A stretch of DNA of 64,000 bases from positions 178,746,001 through 178,810,000 of the forward strand of contig OX597814.1 in the NCBI GenBank assembly GCA_951406725.2, written 5' to 3'. Below are positions 1 through 13,808 of this stretch, piece after piece. Source of the stretch: Octopus vulgaris (lineage: Eukaryota). Numbering within the stretch: the stretch's first letter is position 1; each line of letters starts with the position of its first letter. The notes under the pieces were generated by a model. It ran no database searches. It was given only the letters and a program-made list of their open reading frames with translations, and was not told the DNA's origin. The translations under genes were made by a program, and so were the position numbers.

Positions 1-215
1 CACAGATATATACACGTATACATTCGAATAGTTACAATTACAATCACAATTATAGTCGTATATTCAGGAATATGTTTGCATCGATGTGCTTGTACCTAAG
101 TTGATATGTTGTTGTTTTGGAGTAATGGAAAGTGAGTTTTTAGTAGTAAAGAAGCGTTTTTGCATTCAATTTGACAGTAGCCTGATTTTTCTTTGACTGT
201 ATTGTGAGTGCCAAG

Positions 216-652
216 GCGGTGAGCTGGCAGAAACGTTAGCACGCCGGGCGAAATGCTTAGCCGTATTTCGTCTGCCGTTACGTTCTGAGTTCAAATTCCG
301 CCGAGGTCGACTTTGCCTTTCATCCTTTCGGAGTCGATAAATTAAGTACCAGTTACGCACTGGCATCGATGTAATCGACTTAATCCCTTTGTATATCCTT
401 GTTTGTCCCCTCTATGTTTAGCCCCTTGTGAGCAATAAAGTAGTAAGAAACGTTTGCACGCCGGACGAAAAGTGTAGCGGTATTTCGTCTGTCTGTACGT
501 TCTAAGTTCAAATTCTGCCGAGGTCGACTTTGCCTTTCATTCTATCGGGGTCGATAAATTAAATACTAGTTGCGTACTGGGGCCGATCTAATCGACTGGC
601 CCCCTCCCCCAAAAATTTCGAGCCTTTTGCTTAGAGTAGAAAAAAATATATA
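216..652 (+). mobile_element. tRNA-headed SINE family A: composite of an A1 copy followed by a headless A2 copy
   Basis: Head GGCGGTGAGCTGGCAGAAACG..GAGTTCAAATTCC (Pol III A/B-box-like); central GGTCGACTTTGCCTTTCATCCTTTCGG-GTCGATAAATTAAGTACC shared by many copies in the window; 16-bp TSD tattgtgagtgccaag (200-215) / tattgtgagcgctaag (653-668). Confidence 0.85.
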
Positions 653-1203
653 TATTGTGAGCGCTAAGCCGAGTAATATTTTTGTAAGATAGGATGTTTT
701 CTAAGAAAGGAAAATGTACAAGAAGATAGATTTGGTTTCCAGAAGGCTTGTACAACATTCGTATTAAATGTATTTATTTCTTGTTTGTAACTTCATATTA
801 GGAAGTGTTTTACCTGTTTGCTAAATTTTCCGACATGTAAGTCGCTGTGTAGATGTTTGTTTTCATGTTGAAAAATGCTACGTTGTCTGATAGTTTCGTT
901 ATGTAAGTGATAAGTTTCACTTAGTTAACTATATAACTTATGTTACAGCTGTACGGTGTGACCATATTCCATGATCTATAATCGTCTGTGTCCTTGTATT
1001 TGTAACTCACTGCACCAAAAGATACAACATAGTACTTCAACGTATCGTTATATATTTAAGTGAGTATATGTATAGATGCACCTTTCTCTATTGCTACTCA
1101 TACATTCATGTTTAGTTTGTGTATGTGTATCCATACATACACGTATATATCGAACGCATTACTCTAGCTTTCTACAGTCCACTGAGTAAAGTGGTTAAAA
1201 ATA

Positions 1204-1383
1204 TTTATTTCTTTATTACCCACATGGAGCTAAACATAGAGGGGACAAACAAGGACAGACAAATGGATTAAGTCGATTACATCGACCCCAGTGCGTAACT
1301 GGTACTTAATTTATCGACCCCGAAAGGATGAAAGACAAAGTAGACCTCGGCGGAATTTGAACTCAGAACGTAACGGCAGACGA
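1204..1383 (-). mobile_element. SINE family A1, 5'-truncated
   Basis: Reverse complement of the 216-440 copy; TSD aaagtggttaaaaata (1188-1203) / aaagtggttataaata (1384-1399). Confidence 0.85.
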
Positions 1384-4035
1384 AAAGTGGTTATAAATAA
1401 TACTAGGTAAAAAAATATATAATATAAAACAAATGTACTAAAATAATGATCTAAAACTAGTTCAGTTTCGAGCAAGTTCTATAAAACAAAACTTTATGCC
1501 AGTTCCGAATACCTATTTATTTTTTTCCATTTGCTTGCCTGGTACTTAACTCTTTAATGTCTGACTTTCATACACAAAACTTCCATGATGAGCATGACTT
1601 AATATCATTGAACCTCGTTGATACCCAGGAGTTACTTTTATGATGTATAAATTAGTTTTACATGAAGAAAAATCGTGCCCTATTGATTTGTTAGGTGTTT
1701 TACATTTTCTCATTACAATACACATTCAATTGAAAGATTTTAGCTTTGTTTAGTAAATACTGTTTATTAGGTTTTCTGTTTATGTTTCGGTCGGTAACCA
1801 TGGCAGTGGAATTACTTTCATTAAAGTCTTTACCTTCGTAGCTCTATTGAAATATTCCATGCTGCGCCGTTTACAGTTGCTGTTTGATTAATAGGGGAGA
1901 GAAGAGAGAGAATTTAGAACCTAATGCAACAATTATTCTTCTGTTGTTTACAAGGTTAGTGTAGTTATAATCGATGCAGCTACCATATTGCTTAGTTTAA
2001 ACATTTTAAATTATTTGTCTCTGTGTAAGCCGGTCGTTTCTGAATGAAATATAATAGACGTTAACAGTGTAGGTGGAGCACTCGAATGGTTTTCGATCTA
2101 TGCATGTGGGGCTCTACAAATATGTATATATACTACTTTATGCAGACAATGAATTACTAATATATAATATATAAATAGATATACTCTTCCATATGTCACT
2201 GCAAACAATGAGCTGCATCAACACAGAATATGCATGATTAGGTTATTTATTAAGTCTAGGTATCGATAATGATGAAACTGCGTTAGAAAGCTGTTTTGAA
2301 TACTGTAAAATAATCGAAAAATAACACCTATAAACAATTGGCTTCACTGTTGCTATAATTGGGTAGTGAAAACAGAATTAGCAGTAATGCTCTGTTATAT
2401 TTCAGTTACCACATTATCAATAAATTTATAACTATTATTTTAATTAGCTACCATCTGCCAAGTACGATTACATACCGTGTCGCAGTTTAGAAATGAACTC
2501 TTGCATAAAACATCAGTTGTGGCATTTGTCCAACGAGTCACTACACTTATGAATATATTGAAGCGGTATTAAATAGGCAACATTGAACAATATTGTCGTA
2601 AGTAAAGTTACGTTTTGAACGACTAATGCTTCCTTTGATGTAATTTTCATTATATTTATGTATCTTGGCTAGGGCAACGCGCACATAAGTCTTTGTAACA
2701 ACTCTGCCTTCTATTATCGCCTAATTAATTACCAACATATAGTGCAGGAAACAATTTTATTTAATAGTAATATCATTACTATTACCCCGAAAACATTAGA
2801 CTTCGGATATGTTTTGTTTTAACAAAACAATATAAATTTTCCCAATCAGTTTAAAATTGTACACAGTATAGTTCTTAAAACTACATATTCAATCGAATAG
2901 AAAGTATTAATACTAAATTACCAGATTCAGTAAACCTCATTAATACTAATATTAGAAATTGTATTCTTTAAATTGTATGTGCATTTATGTTATAAATTAC
3001 GGACTATGTTAGGTTCCAAAAATATCCAATATATCAAAGAAAAACTACAAATATCTAAATTGTTTATGATAAACGTGTAATCACTAAGTAAGTGTGCAAC
3101 ATTGAAAGCGTCTATATAATCAATCGAAAGTATTCATTCTCTCAATAATCAACAAATTTCCTGATTGTAATTAAGTAAATTAGTCCACTATTTTCCCGTT
3201 CTCTATATATGAAAGTGACGTTAATATATGAACTTACTTTAGGGTCAAAAGTCTTTTCAAATTAATATAGCAGAACTCGTCTGGAAGATCGCTTTAATTG
3301 GAGAGTTAACATCTCGCTCGATGTATTGAATGTTGAACAAACACACTTTCATATTAATGGTTTGAACTATTCACTTTTGGCGAATATTTACGCTCATATA
3401 AAATAAGTTTTACTATTGGAGCAGTCAATTAGATATTTTATTTCTCTTGTGAAGGTAGATCTATTGAGTTCAAAGATCATATAGTTTCCTGTACTGTAAA
3501 GACTCTGCGATTAGAAAATCTTTACCAACAGAGCTTGTCATAAATGACACATCCAATATCGACGCATAACCATTAAGTTTACTGAAGGTTTCGATTTTAT
3601 CAGTTTTCTCTGCCGTCGTGGCATTGAGAATAGTCAAGATAGGATTTATACCACAATGTTGTTTGTCTTAATTGATTATCAGTAGAAAAAAAAATCACTC
3701 ACACACGCTGAATTATAATGCGTGTCTATGTCTATTTCTGTGCCCTACTCAATAAATTATGATTTTATTTGTTTTTCTATCTCAACTGTGAATTTTGCTT
3801 TCATGATTGAGAAAAAGTTTTATGCACATGGCAGAATGCAACAAACCTGAGATGACTCGCTAGTGATTGAAGCAATGGGCTGACAGACAATGGAGTATAC
3901 CCCTGCCGCGCTTCGATGCTAGTATAACAATGAATATAGCAGATTAAAGTTTTTAATTATCTATCAGAAAACAGGAAATATGATTGGTTTTTACGATATA
4001 GTCCCTAAGACTAACAAATATTTTGTTTAATATAC

Positions 4036-4566
<531 letters not shown>

Positions 4567-5933
4567 ATTAGTGAACTAAATACAAGACTAGCTCTCGGCT
4601 AACAGAAACCATCCTGAAGAATGGAATTACAATAGTCGGCACTTCCTTCAAACTTACTATTAGATACTTACATTTTATTTATAATCGCTGTGTGCAATAA
4701 ACTAGTAATAAACAATGTATCATCCTGCAAAATACAAATGCCAAAGGCAATAGAAGTAGCGCACAAGATATGTTGAGTTTTATAGTTTTATATGTCTCTC
4801 AACGTACGATTCAAATAATACATTGAATAAAATAATAACAAGGGTTTAAAACATGACGCATTGAATTAATTTAGCACTTCATCATGACAATTTATTGCAT
4901 TAATATTTTTAATTTCAACAATGTTAAAATCCTTTGTTTTGATAGAAATATATTAAAATTATTTTAATTAGGCCTGTTTGCTTTTTGTACTTAGTGTACC
5001 CTATATGAAACGAAAAATTTTTTTCAATAATGAAGGTTGTTTGAAATGTTCACTAACCCTTTCTTGTCAAACAAGAGATTCATCATTGCATAAACGTTTA
5101 GCTTTCTCCTATGCAACCGCCTCGAAGCCAAATTGTTTTCAAATACAAATCTTTGTGCTAGGATGACATTAGACAAATCTTTCTAACAATATTTAATCAA
5201 AATATTGTTAAGCTGAAATCAAGCAATATTTGTTAATCAATTCACTCTACCGAAAGCGATGTTTTCATACTTGGAACAATTGAATATTGTCTCAACAACA
5301 AAGAACTGCACTAAAGAAATTAGGCACGCAATTCTCTTTGATTTTTAGCATGATCTGATGTGTATAGAGTTGTGTTTATTAATAGCATTTTCAGACAACG
5401 ACTAGTTTGATAACATTTCTACCTCTCCTTATACTAAACAATAAAATAAAATAAATCATGTAGAAAAAACTAGTGAAATACCGGAATTTGAATTTCAAGG
5501 TTTTATAATATCTTCCTGAGTGAGGTGCTCATATTAAGGATTATAATGTCGTCATTCAGACCAGCGTTGTTGCAAGTAGACAGTGGATGGTACATTTAGA
5601 GTCATAATTATTTAAGTTAAATGAAACATGTGGAATAACAGGGATAATGATTGACATCGCTGAAGTATTATGAAAAGCAACAAAATGAAATAACAGCTGC
5701 GAATTAAGCACTCATGAAATTAAGATTGCAATAATTCCATTTTAATAATAAATTTGAACGTGATTCATATTTCACTAGCTTGATGTATAATAATGAAAAA
5801 TGAGGACATGGGCAAGGATATATATATATATATATATAATACACCTGCTTGTTGTTTATACACCTGTCTTCGTCTTTTGTTTTTTCTGTAAATTTCAACT
5901 ATATATATATGTACATATAGATATTTATATATG

Positions 5934-6085
<152 letters not shown>

Positions 6086-7649
6086 ACGCGCACACACATG
6101 TACACTCTCACATACAAATGTGTATGGACCACGTTCACGGATATGGTTACACCCTACTTCTTCAGATGCATTCTATCACACGATATTATCTAAAGTACAA
6201 AGCTTAAATATACCTCACCCGCGAAATAGCAACAGATCGTGCAATGTAACACAAGTTGTTCTGTATTACATATAGTAGTTATTATCCCCATATTCACTGT
6301 GTTACCGTGCGGAACTTACTTCACTGACAGATATTATTCAAAAATAAGCATACAAACTTTAATATATATCCACTTGACGTCATGTTTATTTCTGCGTATA
6401 TACAGCTAGATCTGAAAATTAACTAGAACTAGAATAGTTTATAATACAGAATAGCTTATTATGCAGGATTGCCATTGAAATGAGTTTCAGTCAATATTTT
6501 TTCAATGTAATTAACCATACAAATTCTCACTGACCAAACGAAATGTTTAGTGTAGAGATGAGTGAAAGTCCATAACAATGCATCTCACATAGGTAATAGA
6601 TGGGACACAAATAGGAAGTAGTAGGGTCATCTAGGTTGAACAAGTTCGTAGAGGAGGTGAATTAAGAGAATACTTAGACTTCGTTCAAGCTGCTAGAATG
6701 TAAAAGAATATATTTTACAGATGGTTATGAATTGAAAGAATAAATGACGTTTACATGTAAAATGTTGGTCAATTTGGGATTCTAAAGCATCAGCCTTCCA
6801 TTATCCCGCGAACCACTATTAAAAATCATAACACAAATAGGCGTAGGGCGCGCAGCGCTCACAGAGTTCACCCCAGATATACTTTCTTAGAATACTAATA
6901 TTCAATTTTGGGGGTGCAAATCAATTCTCGCTGTCAATGATTTCAATCGTTTTTCAGTTTAACTGTTTAACGTGGTTTTGTTGTACATGAATGCATGCGT
7001 ACCTGACTATCTGTCGCTTGTTGTATACATACATACATACATGCATACATGTATGTATGTATGTATGTATGTATGTATGTATGTATGTATGTATGTATGT
7101 ATGTATGTATGCATGCATGTGTTGAAATTCATTGTATGATGTGCTACCCGTTGAATTGCTTTATTCATAACGTCAAACTTCACAGCTTCAAAGTAATGAA
7201 TAACTTTTCCGAACAGCTACTTTTATTACGTACTTAGTCACACTTCCCAATCTTCTCTTATAGAAAACCTAAATGAATGTTGTTGAAAGAAACATTGTTT
7301 ACATAGGTACAAAGCGTCAGATGTATAGGAAAATAGAAATTAGATTTTCTAGTTTTGATTATACCCCAGAGCATTATCGGAGAAATTATAATGAATTAAC
7401 TTCAGCAGTATTAGATATTGCTAGAATAATGTCTCAAGATTTCAACACCCACTGACTATAGTTTAAATATTGATGTCATTGACACAAAGCCAACTATCTG
7501 TGACCTATACAATGAGGTCAGTGTGAAGTTCGCACCTTTTTAAAATGCTTTACTGGCTGAATGTTCCTTTATTGAATGTGTAACTGACAATGCAACCAGA
7601 TTTGTATCGTTGTAAACATATTGACACATAACTACTACAAACCGATAAA

Positions 7650-7870
7650 CCGACGAAAAAACCTTGGAACAGTCAATGAATCTGCTAGACATAGCAGATG
7701 AATTTTGCAGCATCACAATATGCTGTCTTAGGAAGGGAAATAATTATATAGTTGTAGATATTCGAAAAAGAATTGGATGCAAAAGGCAGGAATGCCTTTG
7801 AACATACATTTGCTTCATCAATCAGAGTTAACCTGGGGCTAAACAGCAACAGCATCAACTGGTAACATCA
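7650..7870 (+). mobile_element. Old SINE-like family D, 3' part
   Basis: CTGCTAGAcATAGCAG..GAATGCCTTTGA..CCTGGGGCTAAACAGCAAC with (AAC)-like tail; similar decayed motifs near 19.6, 21.35 and 60.5-60.7 kb. Confidence 0.5.
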
Positions 7871-8929
7871 ACTACATGCAGAGAATAGAAAGCATAGTTG
7901 CACACATTTAAACACATTTACCTTTTGACTAAGCATACGTACAATATTCCTAATGGAGCTATAAAATCGATTAAATATATCTAGTATATTACGCATAACT
8001 ATGTTATCGATCCTATTGGGATGAAAGGCATATTCAACCCCAGAAGCATTAGAGAACGCCCTTTCTCCTTATGTATTGTCGCATTACACTGGCATTCAAA
8101 AGGAAAAGCAAAAAATCCAATTACTCACTGAAGCCCTTATATTTGAAATAGCATCGATAAATGGAAATTTGACTGTGGTCGGTTATAAATGCTACCTCCT
8201 CACGGTTCATAACACAGAATCTGGCAATTTTACCGAGTTTCTAATGATAAATATGACACATTATTTGAAACAGTATTTTCCTCAGGAAGCATGCCTATAT
8301 GGAAGAGATCACTCAATGTTTGCACAGGTGATCTGAGATGTTTCCCGTCTTTTATAACAGTAATAATTTAGGTGGTTTCGATATATCCTACAACATTCTC
8401 ATAACATTTCCTAACAAATTCTCGAAATAGAATACTTATAATACAGTTTTCGTAGTATGAGGTCAGTAACACATTTTGTATATGTTAGGTAAGTGTTACC
8501 AGTTTAATGATTGTTAGCAGACATGTTTTCAAGACTTTCATTATATGTTTTGGAAACAATACAAGATTTCAAAGGATTTTTCAAAAATACAGAAAACGAG
8601 TAAGTTGTTTGAAGAAGCAGATTAAGCAGACATTGCAATAAATGGTAATGTCATACTAACAACAATAAGATATATTGCAACTGTTTGCTTACATCGCTAA
8701 TGTAAATGGGATACTCGTTATGACATGGTTCCCAGAAAAAGTGTGTTCTGGTCTCTGTGTTTTCTCTAATTCACTAGGATAGAGCAAGGAGGAGAGAAAG
8801 TATTCATGTATTACTAAGAAGCTAGAGGCTTTCTATTGCTAATAAAATCAACATCGGTCAATGTGTAAAAACTATGCGCTCCGTTGACGAAAGTTGAACG
8901 TATGGACAAATGTCTTCTTTTTAAGACCA

Positions 8930-9330
8930 AAATGGTGACAGGACGAGTTGATGCATCACACAAATATAACAAGGCTGATGTTTCAATATAGAAAGAGATA
9001 AAAGATTCTAGCTAAGGGATATTAGTGGTAACGTTGAATCTTCACTCATTATCACTACTGTAGAACAATATGGGCAGCTAATTACTGCAGAGACCACTCA
9101 AAGTATTTCGTGGCCGGATAAATTTTTGAAGATCATGAAAGTCCCGACGAAGAAGCTAGATGATAAAACTAACCACGTGTTTGATTTAACCGAAGCTCCA
9201 GAATGAAAGCCAATTACAAGGACAGTACAGACCGAAAGGTAGAGTTGCTATACCTGCGAGAGTATGCACTACTTGAAGATTTTTTGACGAATGAGTCGAA
9301 AATCAGGAGAGAGAATATGGAGGATAAAAC
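8930..9330 (+). pseudogene. Possible highly decayed RTE-like LINE reverse-transcriptase C-terminal remnant
   Basis: Frameshifted reading gives weak RTE-like pieces (DELMHH.., YCRTIW.., FLKIMKV..DDKTN); many stops. Confidence 0.25.
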
Positions 9331-10103
9331 CAAATACAACAGAAGTAGACTCGAGAAGCGTCTGTTTCCAGATTACGTCGCGTCTCTTTCAATAGTGAAA
9401 ACAAATTGGCTCGTCCTCGATGCCAGTAATCGTCGACCTACAAACTACAAGTAATAATAATGATTACGACGGCAAAAACAACAGCAACATCATCATCATC
9501 ATCAACAACAACAACAATAATAATAATAATAGTAATAATAACAATAATAATAATACAAGTAGCCAAAATGTGGTTCCTCTGAAGGATACCTTGAATAACG
9601 TTACTTAACAGAGTAGCTCGCGATTGGGGAGCCTATTGAGTTCAAACTACATCAAAAGGCCACAGATCCGGTACTACAGATATCGGATTAGAATGCTGCA
9701 AAAAAAAAAAGAAGCGCAAAACAGTTTCTTCAAGCCGTGCCAACCGGCAGGAGATACTGCGGCAGATCAAGAACGAAATGGTTCGGTAATATTCATAATT
9801 TCAGTTCGACGAGATCGGAAATCCAGCCAGAAAGTTTAATGACGGTTGCTTCTTATCGGAGTTTAAGAAAAAAAAGTGTCTGGGGTCTCTAAGCCCACCC
9901 CGAGAAATAGTAGACGGAGGAGAGGACAAACATACGGACAGATAGATGGACGGATGAATGGATGGATGGATAATATTACTCCATTCTTGTATAGTCAAAA
10001 GGCATCGGCATTCAGTCCATAAAGACGGACTACTTGCCGATAAGCGTGATGTCCGTCGTGCTAATAATAATATTAATAATAATAATAATAACAATGACGA
10101 TGC

Positions 10104-10134
<31 letters not shown>

Positions 10135-10178
10135 AAGAAGAAGAAGAATATTAACACATTATAATTCCAAAACTTGAT

Positions 10179-10630
10179 AAAAGAATTTGACAAGCTCAGA
10201 AAGTAATAAAGATTTGCAGGTTGAAATCGAAAAAACCTGGCATCTAAAGACTGTTACAATACCAGTGATTGTAGGAGCACTTAGAATGACCAAAAAAGGA
10301 ACGGAAAACTATTTGAGAGAATGATCACTGGCTTACCATTCATGCAATAACTTCAAAAGATTGTTTTAACTGGTACATAACACGTATTGAGAAGAGCATT
10401 ATTGCTTTGAATTTTCTTTCCTTTTTTCCCTCCATTTTCTTTGTTTAAAATTTTTTCCCCTTTAATCTTTCTTTCTTCCTTTTCTTTTCCTATCACATAA
10501 ATTGAATTTGTATATAAACAATCTGGTGTGTTTATTTTAATAGCCTACCAATGCGTAGAGTGACTTTCGTTACCCTAGGTGTTGAGAAGGCACACAGCAA
10601 CATATGGAAAATATAATTGAAAGAAGAAAA
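10179..10630 (+). mobile_element. R4/Dong-type RLE non-LTR retrotransposon 3' fragment (family 1, older copy)
   Basis: Aligns by eye to 48747-49140 (KEFDKLRK..VEIEKTWHLKTVTIPVIVGAL..) with stops/frameshifts; 3' UTR GCCTACCAATG..CCCTAGG..TTGAAAGAAGAAAA; lies just after a (TAA)/(GAT)/(GAA) tract. Confidence 0.8.
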
Positions 10631-10800
10631 ATTATAAGAGTAAAAACAATAATTTATTTTTCGAATTTTGTCACCAGACTAGCGGATTTAGGTGGTGGAA
10701 ATTAGCAGGTTTCATTGGCTACCAGCTTTTGACTGATATGTTGCTTTACAAACCCGAAGGGAACGAAAGCAAAGTTGAACATGAATAACCGAAAGGAATG

Positions 10801-11454
10801 CCTATTTCTTTACTACACACAAGGGGCTAAACACAGAGGGGACAAACAAGGACAGACAAACGGATTAAGTCGATTATATCGACCCCAGTGCGAAACTGGG
10901 TTTTAATTTATCGTTCCTGAAATGATGAAAGACAAAGTCGACCTCGGCGGAATTTGAACTCAGAACGCAGCGGCAGACGAAATACCTATTTCTTTACTAC
11001 CCACAAGGGGCTACACACAGAGGGGACAAACAAGGACAGACAAACGGATTAAGTCGATTACATCGGCCCCAGTGCGTAACAGGTGCTTAATTTATCGACC
11101 CCGAAAGGATGAAAGGTAAAGTCGACCTCGGCGGAATTTGATCTCAGAGCGTAACGGCAGACGAAGTACGGCTACACATTTTGCCCGGCGTGCTAACGTT
11201 TCTGCCAGCTCGCCGAAAGAAATACCTATTTCTTTATTACCCACAAGGGGCTAAACACAGAGGGGACAAACAAGGACAGACAAACGGATTAAGTTGATTA
11301 CATCGACCCCAGTGCGTAACTGGTACTTAATTTATCGACCCCGAAAGGATGAAAGGCAAAGTCGACCTCGGCGGAATTTGAACTCACAACATAACGCAGA
11401 CGAAATACCGCTAAGCATTTCGCCCGGCGTGCTAACGTTTCTGCCAGCTCGCCG
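10801..11454 (-). mobile_element. Tandem array of three SINE A1 copies inside an older SINE remnant
   Basis: Units at about 10801-10984, 10985-11214, 11225-11454; ccgaaagRaatR recurs at 10789-10800, 11213-11224 and 11452-11463. Confidence 0.88.
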
Positions 11455-11519
11455 AAAGAAATAACGTTAATCATTTTTCCTGACGCGTTAAATAACATAT
11501 GCCAGCTCGTCACCTCTGT

Positions 11520-11530
11520 AGTATTAGTAT

Positions 11531-11563
<33 letters not shown>

Positions 11564-11656
11564 AGGTGGTGTTGGTGGTGGTGGTGGTGGTGGTGGTGGC
11601 AATGGTCGTGGTGGTCGTGGTACAAAGAATAATAATTATAATAATGATGATGATAG

Positions 11657-11694
<38 letters not shown>

Positions 11695-11770
11695 CTGATG
11701 ATGGTGGTGGTGGTGGTGGTGGTGGTGGTGGTGGTGGTGATGCTGCTGCTGCTGCTGCTGATGATGATAA
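11520..11770. repeat. Compound trinucleotide microsatellite (TAG)n(GGT)n(GAT)n(GGT)n(GCT)n
   Basis: Direct reading. Confidence 0.95.
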
Positions 11771-12794
11771 ATAATAAAAGAAAAGAATAAATATATAAAA
11801 TTATCTCTTCGAAATATCAATAAAATAATGCTACCAGAATCTACGAATGGATCACAGCAACAAAATCCGTGCTAAGCTCACTAGGCAACGCAACAACAAT
11901 TTTTTGTCTTCTTTTTGTTATTAAATATATATGCAGACAAATTTGTACCACGCACGTGTACTGAATGTAGATCAAAGCGGAAAATGGCGGCTGCATACGT
12001 TTTCAATTTTGTAATAAATACGATTTCTAGAAGATTCGTCAAAAGGAAATATTCGTCTGACATGCCATATGATATTTCTCGATTGGTGGTTATTTCACAT
12101 ACAAATACACAAACTGATACACGCATTCCCGCACATAATACACACAAGCACGTAAACATCATATTTAAATCTTGTACGAGTATATCAATTGATCGATGAT
12201 CGATGATCGATTGGCTCATCAATATACCAATCACATATGCTTACATGTGTAAAATATTTTGGAGAGTATTATTACATAAGCACATGTAATATATATATAT
12301 TATTACTTCTCTATGCATACTTATATATTTATGTATGTGCGTATGTATTTATGTATGTATATGTGTGTGCATGCATGTATGTATGAATGTATGTATGTAT
12401 GAAAGACGGGCTTCTTTCAGTTATCATGTAGCAAATCCACTCCTATCATTCTTAACGTATATGCACTCTTCATAAGAATGCCTCCTGCGATATTTCTCCT
12501 CAGATAACATACCTTATAGACAAGCTGTTTTAAAAAGGAAACGAAAATTCGTCCAGAGATATTTTATCAGGCTGGTAGATGAATCATAGTTTCTTTGGAC
12601 CATTTCGATGGTGTGTACTGAAGTAAATCTCATGCTGGATTGAGTATACGAATCATTGAAAAGGCACCGCCGATATACAAAACGGTGAATGTATCGTTCC
12701 AGCAGAATAAAACTGCGGTATACGCAATTGGGGTAGTAATATAGACACACATTTGTACATACATACACGCATATCTATACCTAAATCTATCTAT

Positions 12795-13024
12795 CTATTT
12801 CTTTACTACCCACAAGGGGCTAAACACAGAGGGGACAAACAAGGACAGACAAACGGATTAAGTCGATTACATCGATCCCAGTGCGTAACTGGTACTTATT
12901 TAATCGACCCCGAAAGAATGAAAGCCAAAGTTGACCTTAGCGGAATTTGAACTTAGAACGTAGCGGCAGACCAAATACCGATAAGCATTTCGCCCGGAGT
13001 GCTAGCGTTTCTGCCAGTTTGCCG
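12795..13024 (-). mobile_element. SINE family A1, full length
   Basis: Matches the other A1 copies; probable TSD ctaaatctat (12781-12790) / ctatatctat (13025-13034). Confidence 0.85.
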
Positions 13025-13040
13025 CTATATCTATTTTTTT

Positions 13041-13359
<319 letters not shown>

Positions 13360-13538
13360 ATATACATATATCGTGAAGTATATTTGCCACTCAAATATGG
13401 CTAACCCTAAGGGCAGATGTTACTATAGCTTGTAGCCCCAGGAGGACACCTCATCCAACTGGCTATTGACATACTTCTTGTGCCCTATCAGTATTTGCTA
13501 AGAGAAGTCATCCTTCCCATCTTCAACCTGACGTGATA

Positions 13539-13583
13539 CACACGGACCCGGGTTTCTAGATATCGACCCGTCATTAGTGTGTG
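13539..13583 (-). ncRNA. Minimal type I hammerhead ribozyme-like motif (decayed)
   Basis: Minus strand: cacaca-CTAATGA-cgggtcgatatcta-GAAA-cccgg-GTC-cgtgtg; helix III is the palindrome ACCCGGGT; core G5 replaced by A. Confidence 0.65.
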
Positions 13584-13763
13584 ACAATCACCAGTTGTCG
13601 ATGTGAAGTGTTATCCCGATGCAAATATATATATATATATATCATTTTTCCAGTGACGAAAGGGCACTGATATCGAAAAGAAGTAAACAAGCAATAATAG
13701 ATATCTGAGCGAGGTGTACACAGCTGCTGCTCGACATTGTGAAGTATATTTGCCGGCGATTGT

Positions 13764-13808
13764 CACACGCTTATGACGGGTCAATACCTAGAAATCCGGG
13801 TCCGTGTG
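13764..13808 (+). ncRNA. Minimal type I hammerhead ribozyme-like motif (decayed)
   Basis: cacacg-CTTATGA-cgggtcaataccta-GAAA-tccgg-GTC-cgtgtg; perfect 6-bp helix I, short helix II, near-palindromic helix III; core G5 replaced by T. Confidence 0.68.

Noticed and set aside
8076-8336. 86-aa ORF with AG/GT-bounded sub-segment
   Set aside because: Weak donor (GTGATC) and no recognisable homology.
10801-11454. CRISPR-like repeated units
   Set aside because: Units are 180-240-bp SINE copies without unique spacers; eukaryotic context and no cas genes.
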